The position numbers and the translations under genes were made by a program. Of a DNA stretch of 25,342 bases, positions 8,853 to 18,100 are shown one piece after another. The stretch's first letter is position 1, and each line of letters opens with the position of its first letter. Source of the DNA: Candidatus Cloacimonadota bacterium (GTDB lineage Bacteria; Cloacimonadota; Cloacimonadia; Cloacimonadales; WRIO01); assembly GCA_029564175.1 (NCBI GenBank), contig JAKQQL010000265.1, forward strand, positions 1 through 25,342, written 5' to 3'. The notes beneath the pieces are model-generated. The model ran no database searches and was not told the origin of the DNA. It saw nothing but the letters and a program-made list of their open reading frames with translations.

Positions 8853-9562
8853 GAAATATTCTTTTAATATCAAAACGGGAGCTTTTGTCTTTTTTTAAAA
8901 CACCAACAGCTTATATCAGCTTAATAGTTTTTATACTTATCAATACATGGTTTTTTATTATGCCTTTATTTGCAGGAGGAACAGCAACCTTAAACGGATT
9001 GTTTAACAGTATTCAGTTGATTTGGCTGGTTTATATACCTGTAATAAGCATGGGTGCCATTGCCAGAGAGAGAAATACGGGTACAATTGAAATACTGTTA
9101 ACATTACCCGTTCGGATGAAAGAAATTATCCTTGGCAAATATATTTACATTTTAACGGTCATTTTACTGAGCCTCCTACTCACTCTGCCTCATTTTCTTA
9201 CACTCCTCATAGTAGGCCAAAATATTGATTATGGCGTTATCTTTTGTACTTATCTTGGATTGTTTTTGAGTGGAGCAGTATATGCCTCAATCTCTTTATT
9301 CTGTTCTACACTCAGCAATAATCAGATCACTGCATTTATCATCTCATTCATGATATGTCTGATACTTTTTTCACTTGAATATGCACTGATTTATATTCCT
9401 CGATTTATCCTGCCTTTATTTCAGTATCTCAGTATCACCTGGCAATATGCCAGTTTAAGTAAAGGCGTTTTAGACTCACGAGTGTTTATCTATTTTTTCA
9501 GTTTAATCACTCTATTCCTGTTTTTATCATCAGAATATATGAATAGTAAAAGAAGTAACTGA
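8849..9562 (+). CDS. ABC-2 type permease, GldF-like
   Basis: KRELLSFFKTPTAY, ISMGAIARERNTGTIEILLTLPV...IILGKY, STLSNNQITA and KGVLD..VFIYF; about 6 TM segments; ATGA overlap with the ATPase gene. Confidence 0.88.
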   Translation: MRNILLISKRELLSFFKTPTAYISLIVFILINTWFFIMPLFAGGTATLNGLFNSIQLIWLVYIPVISMGAIARERNTGTIEILLTLPVRMKEIILGKYIYILTVILLSLLLTLPHFLTLLIVGQNIDYGVIFCTYLGLFLSGAVYASISLFCSTLSNNQITAFIISFMICLILFSLEYALIYIPRFILPLFQYLSITWQYASLSKGVLDSRVFIYFFSLITLFLFLSSEYMNSKRSN

Positions 9563-9569
9563 GGTAGCC

Positions 9570-11162
9570 ATGAAAACGCATCAAAATACTGATAAAAATA
9601 TACAAAGAATGATGACAATTCTGATTATCATTCTCATCAATATCCTTTCTGTTTATTTATTTTACCGCATAGATTTAACCAAAAACAAATCTTATACGTT
9701 AAGTCGTTCAACACGTGAACTCATCAAAAAACCAAAGGAAGAGATACGAATCAAGCTGTTTTTTTCATCAAATCTCCCCTCAGAAATACTAACGATCAAG
9801 AACTATGTTAAAGATTTACTCAGTGAATACCAAAATTATTCCAGATCAAAAATATACTTTGAATTTGTAAATGCCAACGATGATAAAAAATTTAAAAAGG
9901 AAGCAGCTGACAGTGGTATCCCTTCCATTACCATTCAAGTAATGGAAAAAGATAAAATGGAGTATCGGGATATTTATATTGGAATGGTAATGACTTACAA
10001 AGGAAGATACGAAAAACTCGGTATCATCTCTTCAACAGACGGACTTGAATACCAAATCTCAAGTGCAATTAAACGACTGGTATTTCCTGAAGAAAAGAAG
10101 ATTGCATACTTTACTCCCATCTCTTTTGAAGAAAGTAAATCGTTTGAAGATTTACCTGATGATCCCAATTTTCAAGCGATTGGCCAGCTAATATCGAACA
10201 ATTACACGATTGACCGTACTGATTTATACTATCCTTTGCCAGATGAAACCGATTTGCTCATTGTTAGTGGAATAAGAGATTCTCTGGAGCAGGTACAGCT
10301 TTATTTACTCGACCAGTTTATTATGAGAGGAAAACCTGTTCTTTGGTTTCAAGACAGATACATCTCTGACATCAATAACGACCAGGCGGTATTAATTAAT
10401 TCTAACGTAATTAAATACCTTTTTGATCAATCGTTGTATATTAAGCCCAATCTGGTGCTTGATGCATATTGTTATCAGATATCAAAATACAGACAACAAG
10501 GTCAATATACCGTTCCGGTTTCTTTTGATTATCCCTTCTTCCCAGTTTTACAAAATCATAATAAAAACCACTTCATAACACGACATATTGGAATGGTTCA
10601 AAGTTTGTTTGCATCAGAGTTATATTATAAACAAAATAAGAATATTCGATTTACCCCCCTCTTGATGTCATCCATGTCAAGTTATGAATTCATGGGAAAA
10701 GAAATTAATACCGGATATCAACAGTTTCAGGATAAATCTATAGCTGCTGCATTTACAATGGAATCCAAAGTAATTGCAGGTCTTTACGAAGGGAAAATGA
10801 ATAGTTACTTTCAAAATAAAAGTATGCGTCATGACAAATACCTTGATCAAACAGAAAATGCAAAAATCCTGTTAGTTGCTTCTAATAGCCTTGCTGATAA
10901 TAATATTCTGTCTAATGTAAAAGGAAATGCAGAATTTGTTTTAAATACTGTTGATTATCTATGTGGAAATGCGGCAATGATAGAAATGCGTTCCAGAACA
11001 GTCAATTATTCTCCTTTAAAAAAAACAAGTGAAAAACAAAGATTCTGGATAAAAATATCAAATTTTGTAATACCCGTTTTAATTATAATCCTGATTGCAA
11101 TACTATTTTATATCCGTAAAATCAGACAAATTAAGAGAATAAAAAAACATTTTCAAGCATAA
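9570..11162 (+). CDS. GldG-family ABC auxiliary protein (N- and C-terminal TM anchors, periplasmic domain)
   Basis: RIDLTKNKSYTLS, LLSEY..FEFV, LEYQISSAIKRL, LDQFIMRGK and N.EFVLNTVDYL...IEMRSR, followed by a C-terminal TM and basic tail. Confidence 0.88.
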   Translation: MKTHQNTDKNIQRMMTILIIILINILSVYLFYRIDLTKNKSYTLSRSTRELIKKPKEEIRIKLFFSSNLPSEILTIKNYVKDLLSEYQNYSRSKIYFEFVNANDDKKFKKEAADSGIPSITIQVMEKDKMEYRDIYIGMVMTYKGRYEKLGIISSTDGLEYQISSAIKRLVFPEEKKIAYFTPISFEESKSFEDLPDDPNFQAIGQLISNNYTIDRTDLYYPLPDETDLLIVSGIRDSLEQVQLYLLDQFIMRGKPVLWFQDRYISDINNDQAVLINSNVIKYLFDQSLYIKPNLVLDAYCYQISKYRQQGQYTVPVSFDYPFFPVLQNHNKNHFITRHIGMVQSLFASELYYKQNKNIRFTPLLMSSMSSYEFMGKEINTGYQQFQDKSIAAAFTMESKVIAGLYEGKMNSYFQNKSMRHDKYLDQTENAKILLVASNSLADNNILSNVKGNAEFVLNTVDYLCGNAAMIEMRSRTVNYSPLKKTSEKQRFWIKISNFVIPVLIIILIAILFYIRKIRQIKRIKKHFQA

Positions 11163-11221
11163 TAAATGATACAGGAATCCATTTGACTGTATGTTAAACT
11201 AAAATAAGAAAGGATTAAGAA

Positions 11222-12160
11222 ATGTCAAAGAAAACAATGATGATGCTGGGATTTGTGTTAATTTTATTATTAATTGTACTTTATTTTCATTTTCAGCAAC
11301 CTGTGGTTAAAAACATGAACGTCTTTGATGTTGATTCTTTGCAGGTATATCATATTGAAATCAGCTCAGTCATTGATACTGTTCTCATCGAAAAAATCAA
11401 TGAAAAATGGATACTTTCAGAAAGCAATGGATTTCCAGCAAATCCCCAGAAAGTCAGTGATATTTTTCATCAGGTGTTAAAAGCAAAAAGGTCAAAAAAA
11501 ATACTCAGTGATGATTTTAAAAAACAAGATGACTATCAGGTTAGCCCTGAGACTGGTATCCGTATTCGCCTGCTTGATAAAAATCAACAGCTTGTCAGTG
11601 ATTTCTATTTAGGACTCAGTAGTTTTTATACTTATAGCAGTCTGAGATTTGCTGATTCAGATCTGATTTACGAACTGGACAGAAATTTATCAGAATATAT
11701 TTTCCCAAGTGTTCAAATGTGGAAAGATCCTGTGATTATTCCAATTAAATCAGATTCAATAAAACGAATATCTGTAAACGCAGGGAATAATGTTTACAGG
11801 CTGGAAAATCGTGAAAAATCATGGTATTATAAGAGTGAAACAGACAGTTTTAATGTCTTTACAAGTAACAGAAGCCTGTTTAAGATCCTAAACATTTTAC
11901 AAAATCTTCAGTCTGTTACAACATTTGAAAACACAGCAGAAAACAGAAATAAATTCACCAACCGACAAATTTTGAAATTAGATATTGAGTTAAAATCAGG
12001 TCAAAATTATGTTTTAAAAACCTGGGTTTATGATGATGAAAATTGTCTCATTGAAACTTCAGCAAATCCTTCATATTTTTACCTGATGCATTATGATTTT
12101 GCCAATCGGTTTACAAAGGCTAAAGAAAATTTTTTGGATTATTCAGAACAAACTTATTAG
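11222..12160 (+). CDS. DUF4340-like membrane-anchored periplasmic protein
   Basis: N-terminal TM, then two internally similar halves (IEKINEKW..FPANPQKV / LENREKSW..). Position after a GldG-like gene is typical of DUF4340. Confidence 0.7.
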   Translation: MSKKTMMMLGFVLILLLIVLYFHFQQPVVKNMNVFDVDSLQVYHIEISSVIDTVLIEKINEKWILSESNGFPANPQKVSDIFHQVLKAKRSKKILSDDFKKQDDYQVSPETGIRIRLLDKNQQLVSDFYLGLSSFYTYSSLRFADSDLIYELDRNLSEYIFPSVQMWKDPVIIPIKSDSIKRISVNAGNNVYRLENREKSWYYKSETDSFNVFTSNRSLFKILNILQNLQSVTTFENTAENRNKFTNRQILKLDIELKSGQNYVLKTWVYDDENCLIETSANPSYFYLMHYDFANRFTKAKENFLDYSEQTY

Positions 12161-12164
12161 CTCT

Positions 12165-12193
12165 GAATGGGTTCAATTTTAATTGAATCATTT
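12165..12193. other. Inverted repeat: terminator-like hairpin of the Gld-like operon, or operator next to the downstream promoter
   Basis: TTCAATT-TT-AATTGAA perfect core at 12172-12187, extendable with G-U pairs and one bulge. No U-tract on +; A7 follows. Confidence 0.45.
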
Positions 12194-12220
12194 GACAAAA
12201 AAAGATTACAATTATACGCT
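12192..12220 (+). promoter_or_regulatory. Sigma70-type promoter of the M42 peptidase operon
   Basis: Perfect TTGACA (12192-12197), 17-bp spacer, TACGCT (12215-12220; TAnnnT). Confidence 0.65.
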
Positions 12221-12227
12221 TCACTCA

Positions 12228-12267
12228 TAAGAAAGCAATAAGGAAGCAATAAGGATGCAATAAGAAA
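12228..12267 (+). repeat. 11-bp tandem repeat (~3.6 copies) in the predicted 5' UTR
   Basis: TAAGAAAGCAA / TAAGGAAGCAA / TAAGGATGCAA / TAAGAAA, immediately before the GAGGA SD. Confidence 0.85.
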
Positions 12268-12277
12268 AGAGGATATA

Positions 12278-13315
12278 ATGATTTGTGACAAAAGTTATCA
12301 GAAACGATGCGCTGAAGAAGTAGTAAGATTATGCCAAATTCCAAGTCCAACGGGATTTACCGATACGATTTGTGAAAATTTAATGGAACGCCTTCAAAAA
12401 CTTGGATTTGAGCCTTATCAAAGCCATAAAGGCTCAGTTATTGCCTGTTTAGGTGGAGAAGGTAATCCCTTGGTTTTAGCCGCTCATGTTGACACTTTAG
12501 GGGCTATGGTCAGATCGATAAAAGGGAATGGAGCTATCCGTTTTACAAAAATTGGAGGTTATCCTGAGAACAATATTGAAAATGAAACCTGCCTCGTTCA
12601 TACCCGCTCAGGGAAATCTATTGGAGGCACTTTTTATCTGACAACCCCATCCGTTCATGTATATGACAATGTAGGCTCAACAACACGAAACGACACTACT
12701 GTTGAGCTGATACTCGATGAGGTCGTTAAATCAAAGGAAGATGTTGAAAAATTAGGAATTCGGGTTGGTGATTTTATATCAATCAATCCAAGAACAATTT
12801 TAACTGAATCAGGTTTTGTAAAAAGCCGTCATCTGGATGATAAAGCCAGCGCTGGCATTCTTATTACATTAGCAGAATGGATAAAAGAAAACCAGATTTC
12901 CTTAAATCGAAAAGTGTATATCTTGTTTACAACCTATGAGGAAGTTGGTCATGGCGGTGCTGCTGGTATTCCCGAAGATACAACAGAAATGATATCTGTT
13001 GATATGGGTGCTTTAGGAGATGATTTATCATGTGATGAGTATAAAGTCTCTATATGCGCAAAAGATTCAGGTGGACCTTATCATTATCATTTAACTGGCC
13101 GTTTGATTCAAATTGCTGAAGAAAAAAATATTGCTCATGCCATTGATATTTATCCACGCTATGGCTCAGATGTAGAAGCCACCTTAAACGCAGGATATGA
13201 TATAAGACATGGTTTGATAGGACCAGGTGTTTTTGCTTCTCATGGCTATGAAAGAACACACTCTGATGCATTATATGCAACTTTACAATTATTAAGCGAA
13301 TACATCAGCTGTTAG
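12278..13315 (+). CDS. M42 family metallo-aminopeptidase (YhfE-like)
   Basis: Metal-ligand motifs AAHVDTLG, SRHLDDKAS, YEEVGHG, SVDMG and SHGYERTH; IPSPTGF near the N-terminus. Confidence 0.93.
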   Translation: MICDKSYQKRCAEEVVRLCQIPSPTGFTDTICENLMERLQKLGFEPYQSHKGSVIACLGGEGNPLVLAAHVDTLGAMVRSIKGNGAIRFTKIGGYPENNIENETCLVHTRSGKSIGGTFYLTTPSVHVYDNVGSTTRNDTTVELILDEVVKSKEDVEKLGIRVGDFISINPRTILTESGFVKSRHLDDKASAGILITLAEWIKENQISLNRKVYILFTTYEEVGHGGAAGIPEDTTEMISVDMGALGDDLSCDEYKVSICAKDSGGPYHYHLTGRLIQIAEEKNIAHAIDIYPRYGSDVEATLNAGYDIRHGLIGPGVFASHGYERTHSDALYATLQLLSEYISC

Positions 13316-14115
13316 TGATGAAAGATTTGTATAACTGGAATGAATTTGTGAATCTCTATGACTGGGAATTTGACTTTATGTGTGATGAACAGAAACATGA
13401 TGTTGAGTTTTACCAGTCAATGATTCACGAAAAAAAAGGAAATATACTTGAAATAGGATGTGGAACTGGAAGAATTACAAAGGAACTGGTGAAATGTGCT
13501 GATAGTGTAACTGCTGTTGACAATGCATCAGCATTTTTAAATAAACTACACGATCAGCTTTACAATACAAATAACCTTGAAACTGTGTTATCTGAGATGA
13601 CAGACTTATGTTTGAATAAGCAGTTTGATACAATAATCGTTAGTTATTCCACCTTTCAGTATTTATTAGATAAAAACATGCAGATTAAAGCTTTAAAAGT
13701 GTTTAAAAAACATCTTAAAGAAGATGGGCAAATTCTCATTGATATTTCTCCTTGTACCGCTTTAACTGAATCTCTTAATGTGTTAACACCGATTTATCAT
13801 CATTATCATTCAGCTCTGAATGCTGATATAACCATGTTAACATCCTATCAGGTAGATTCTGTACAGAAGATCCAGTATTGGACAGATAAGTATATTATAA
13901 AATACAGAGAAAAAACAGTAAATGGCAATGAATTTGAAGAATTTATACATCATTTAGCGCTTAAAAGAGTTGATCCTGAAGATATGAATGATCTGGCCAA
14001 ACTGTCAGGACTTAAAATTTTAAACATTTACGGCACATACCTTAAAGGCACAGTAACTGCTGAAAGTAACAACTGGTTCTTTGTATTAACCCATGATGAA
14101 AGTCATGATAATTAA
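13315..14115 (+). CDS. Class I SAM-dependent methyltransferase (start GTG 13315 or ATG 13318)
   Basis: Motif I ILEIGCGTGR, TAVD, FDTII and LKEDGQILID. Coupled to the M42 stop codon. Confidence 0.9.
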   Translation: MMKDLYNWNEFVNLYDWEFDFMCDEQKHDVEFYQSMIHEKKGNILEIGCGTGRITKELVKCADSVTAVDNASAFLNKLHDQLYNTNNLETVLSEMTDLCLNKQFDTIIVSYSTFQYLLDKNMQIKALKVFKKHLKEDGQILIDISPCTALTESLNVLTPIYHHYHSALNADITMLTSYQVDSVQKIQYWTDKYIIKYREKTVNGNEFEEFIHHLALKRVDPEDMNDLAKLSGLKILNIYGTYLKGTVTAESNNWFFVLTHDESHDN

Positions 14116-14145
14116 AAAATCTATTGAAAAATGAAATGAGTAATC

Positions 14146-15048
14146 TTGATAAAAACGATTATTGATATTGGTAGTAATTCAATCAAATATCTATGTGTAA
14201 ACAAAAAAGACAAATCATACGAAATCATTGATCACGGCACTATAACAAACAGAATAGGCGATCATATTTTAGACACTCGACAATTTACTCAGGAAAAAAT
14301 GAATAAAACATGTCAGTGCATTTCTGAGATAAAAACACAATTTTCAATGTATAAGGACATAGAATATGTCGCTGTAGGTACCATGGCTTTCAGAAAAGCG
14401 CTAAATGCCATCCAAATGCTGGAGGAAGTATTTCAGAAGACAGGAATTTCAATCAGGATTCTCAGTCAGGAAGAAGAGGCCTGCCTGAGTTATCATGCAG
14501 CACTTTCCGATTTTAATCAGATTGAAAACATGCTCATTTTTAATCTGGGTGGAGGAAGTACTGAACTGGTTTATGTTAAAGACGAACTTGAAAAAAAAAC
14601 AATTAGCCTTGATTTCGGGGCTCTGATACTAACAAACAAATTCACAGATAGTCATGAATATTTCAGTTATAAAGCCTGTAATCATTATTTGAGTGAAGTT
14701 GTTTCTGCTTTGGATGATTTCAAACCAGAAAAGATAATTGGTATAGGTGGCACAATTAGTTCTGCAATTCGTTTAAGTCAAAAAATCAAATCCTACCACT
14801 TTTCTAAAATTCATCTTAATAAACTGACTGAAAAAGAATTAGATTATCTAATATTTGTCTTTTCAGAGCCAGTTACCAATTCAGAAGCATATCAGGATTT
14901 AGTAATCAATAACACTTACCTTCCCCACTCTCATCGAGATATCATATTACCAGGATTATTGATTATGAAACAACTCATTAAAAAATACAAAAAAAATGAA
15001 ATCATCTGCAATGAGAAAGGCTTAATTTTCGCCTTAATCAATGATTAA
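14146..15048 (+). CDS. Ppx/GppA family (ASKHA fold) short-form protein with degenerate motifs
   Basis: IDIGSNSIK, VGTMAFR, ILSQEEEA, NLGGGSTE (canonical DIGGGSTE), GIGGT and RDIILPG. TTG start; no C-terminal HD domain. Confidence 0.85.
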   Translation: MIKTIIDIGSNSIKYLCVNKKDKSYEIIDHGTITNRIGDHILDTRQFTQEKMNKTCQCISEIKTQFSMYKDIEYVAVGTMAFRKALNAIQMLEEVFQKTGISIRILSQEEEACLSYHAALSDFNQIENMLIFNLGGGSTELVYVKDELEKKTISLDFGALILTNKFTDSHEYFSYKACNHYLSEVVSALDDFKPEKIIGIGGTISSAIRLSQKIKSYHFSKIHLNKLTEKELDYLIFVFSEPVTNSEAYQDLVINNTYLPHSHRDIILPGLLIMKQLIKKYKKNEIICNEKGLIFALIND

Positions 15049-15164
15049 TTCAAAAAACAGATTCATAATTTCTTTTATATGCCTACTGTCAATAATGAAA
15101 AATTTGGAATTGATTTTGCAAATAAAAGAGCTAATAGATGTTAAAAAAAAGCAAAGGGGAATGT

Positions 15165-18100
15165 ATGAAAAGACTTATGTTAAAAATCAGTTTGATTTTA
15201 GTACTGATTTCTTTGGTTCATTTATATGCGGATAGTGTAAACTTATCGGCTTCTGCATTTAAAGTAAATACCAGAAATCATCACAGTACAGAAATCATTT
15301 TTGAGTTACCAGAGTATCATCTCGAAAGCATTTCTCAGGCAAATCAGGTTTTTTCAAGAATTAATATGAATAATATTGAAAAAACAACAAAAGAAGGCTT
15401 ACCTGAGATTCCAGTTTTTAATGTAAATATCGCTGTACCTAAAGACAGTCAGGTTCAGTTACTTTCACAGTCGGTTTTAAAAAAAGAAAGCCAAAATAAT
15501 GTGTTGTTATATCCTTCTCAAGGTGATGAAGATAACAGAAAAGCGTTTATCCTTGACAACAAATTTTATGAGAACAATAGCCATTATCCTGCCCAAATCA
15601 GTCAGATTTCTGAGGTTTTTGCGATAAGAGATTATGCGGTTGTTAATGTATTAGTGCAACCTTTTATATACAACGCAAAAAGCAAAACACTTGAAATTAA
15701 TAAAGAAATTAAACTGGTCATTGAACACAGTTCCAGAACTGGAGATGTTCAGTATCAGCTTAATTCAAAAATTTCACGCGCTTTTGAACCAATTTATAGC
15801 GCATCAATTGCCAATTACGATCAGATTCGTTCTGATTATGTTATTTATCAACAACCTACTTTGCTCATTATATACCCAACCAATACGACTGCTGCGTATT
15901 TAACCGAGTTAAATAAACTGGTAAACTGGAAAAAACAAAAAGGGTTCAATGTTGTAACTGCAACAGGAACAGATGTTGGTTCAACAACAACATCTATAAA
16001 AAACTATATTCAAAATGCCTACGATACCTGGGAAAATAAACCAGAATACATTATGCTGATAGGAGATGCAACTGCAGGCGCTGGTTACCAAATACCAACT
16101 TATAATATTGCTTACGGAGGATTTCAACATTATGGTGGCGCTGGAGATTACCAATATACTTTCCTGGAAGGCGATGATTTTTACGGTGATGCAATCATTG
16201 GTCGTATGTCAATTTCAAGTGTAACAGATTTTCAGGTGATGGTCTCAAAAATCTTATATTATGAAAGAGCACCCACTTCTGAAGGAACTGATTGGATGAA
16301 TGAGAATTTACTCGTTGGGGATACTTCTCCATCTGGATATTCTTGTGTGATCATGAATAAATACGTTAAAGGCTTAAAATCAGAATATGATCCTGCTCAT
16401 AATTTCTTAGAATTGTATGGTGCAGATCCCTCACCTGCATCAATGGTTGCAAAATTAAATACAGGAGTTTTGACTTTCAATTATCGTGGATGGATTGGTA
16501 TGAGTGGATTTGACGATTCAGAAGTAAATAGTCTTACTAACGTTAAAAAATTGTTCAATGCTGTCTTCTTAACTTGCAGTACAGGTGGATTTTCAGGATC
16601 CAGTATGATTGAGAGTATAACTCGTGCTGGTACAGCAACTGAACCTAAAGGTGCGATAACCTCTGTTGGTCTCTCTACTTCGGGTACTCATACTGCCTAC
16701 AATAATTCTTTGATGGGCGGTATATTTCATGCTATGTATAAGAAGGATATCACCACTATGGGTGGTGCAATGCTTTATGCAAAACATTATATACATCATG
16801 TTTATGGTCTGTCCGAATTGGACGCTGCTAAAACGTTCTCTCAATGGTTGAATCTAATGGGCGATCCTACTGTCAATATTTACAGAACTGTCCCAAAAGT
16901 ATTTAATATTCAGTACCCTGCTTCTGTTCCTGTTGGTACAAATAATGTCAGTATTATCGTTAGAGATTCTGATAACCAACCAGTTAAAAACGCTTGGGTT
17001 TCTATTACTCAAACCAATAACCCAATTTCTTTTTGTATTACAGATGAAAATGGTGTGGCAACCCTTTCCATTCCTGCTGAGTTAGAAAATCAACTAACTT
17101 TAGTGGTATCTCATCCTGATTATATATCAAAAATGCAATACATTCAACAAGATACTGCGACAAGCGTTTCATTAACTGATTATGTTATCTCTGATACTCC
17201 TAATGGTAATAATAATCAGCAGATTAACCCAGGAGAAACCATTAAGTTCAGTATGAATATTAAAAATTATACAAACTCAGCTCAATCTGCTTTAAATCTT
17301 AAACTACGTACCAATAATCCATATATTACTATTTCTGATTCAACTGCTACAATTGCAAGTATCAATGCAGGATCTATTGTAAACTTAACCGATGAATTTA
17401 CCTTTAACGTAGCGGAAGATTATGTTAATGGTATGCCTCTTAATTTTGCTTTACTGGTTCAAACCGGAAGTGATACATGGACATCAATGATTTTTGAAAC
17501 TGTTAAAGCAGCTGATTTGGATGTTCAATCTATGACTGTCGCTAATACAAGTGGTGTTGTAACAATTGGAACTCCAAGTAATATTCACTTTAGTATCAAA
17601 AATAATGGAACGATTCCTGTAAACTCAGTCAATGCTGTTTTAAGAAGCAAGAGCTTATTTTTAGAAGTGATTGATTCTTTAGGTACCTTTGGTTCTATTA
17701 ACAACGGAATGATTGTTAACAATCAGGGCGATCCTTTTACAGTACAAGCATTAACAGGTATTTATCCTGGAGTCAAACTCAAAGCAGAAATCATGTTTAA
17801 CAATTCTGAAGGATATGAAGAAACTGAAGATGTATGGATACAAGTAGGAAGTATTCAAACGACAGATCCTGTTCCTCCAGACGAGTATGGCTATGTTGTA
17901 TATGATATAACTGATACTGGATATGAAGATGCACCTACTTTTAACTGGATTGAAATCAGCTCTATCGGTACTGCGTTAGATTTAAATGATACCGGCGAAA
18001 ATAATGATAAAGTAACGACTGTTGATTTACCTTTCCCATTTATCATGTATGGCGAAACTTATACACAGGTGTCTGTTTCTTCTAACGGTTGGTTAAGTCT

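Noticed and set aside
11169..11199. ATACAG/CTGTAT hairpin, TTGACT and GTATGTTAAAC (XerD-like) before the DUF4340-like gene
   Set aside because: Short stem, no correctly spaced -10 and no XerC-like partner arm.
12228..12267. Tandem repeat as a mini-CRISPR
   Set aside because: 11-nt units with no spacers and no cas genes.
13050..13280. Minus-strand 76-aa His/Gln-rich ORF
   Set aside because: Antisense to the conserved M42 C-terminus.
15087..15092. Minus-strand TTGACA as an antisense promoter into the Ppx gene
   Set aside because: No acceptable -10 at 16-18 bp.
15041..15235. 64-aa + ORF bridging the Ppx and C25 genes
   Set aside because: No SD, overlaps the C25 signal-peptide region out of frame, and spans probable promoter DNA.
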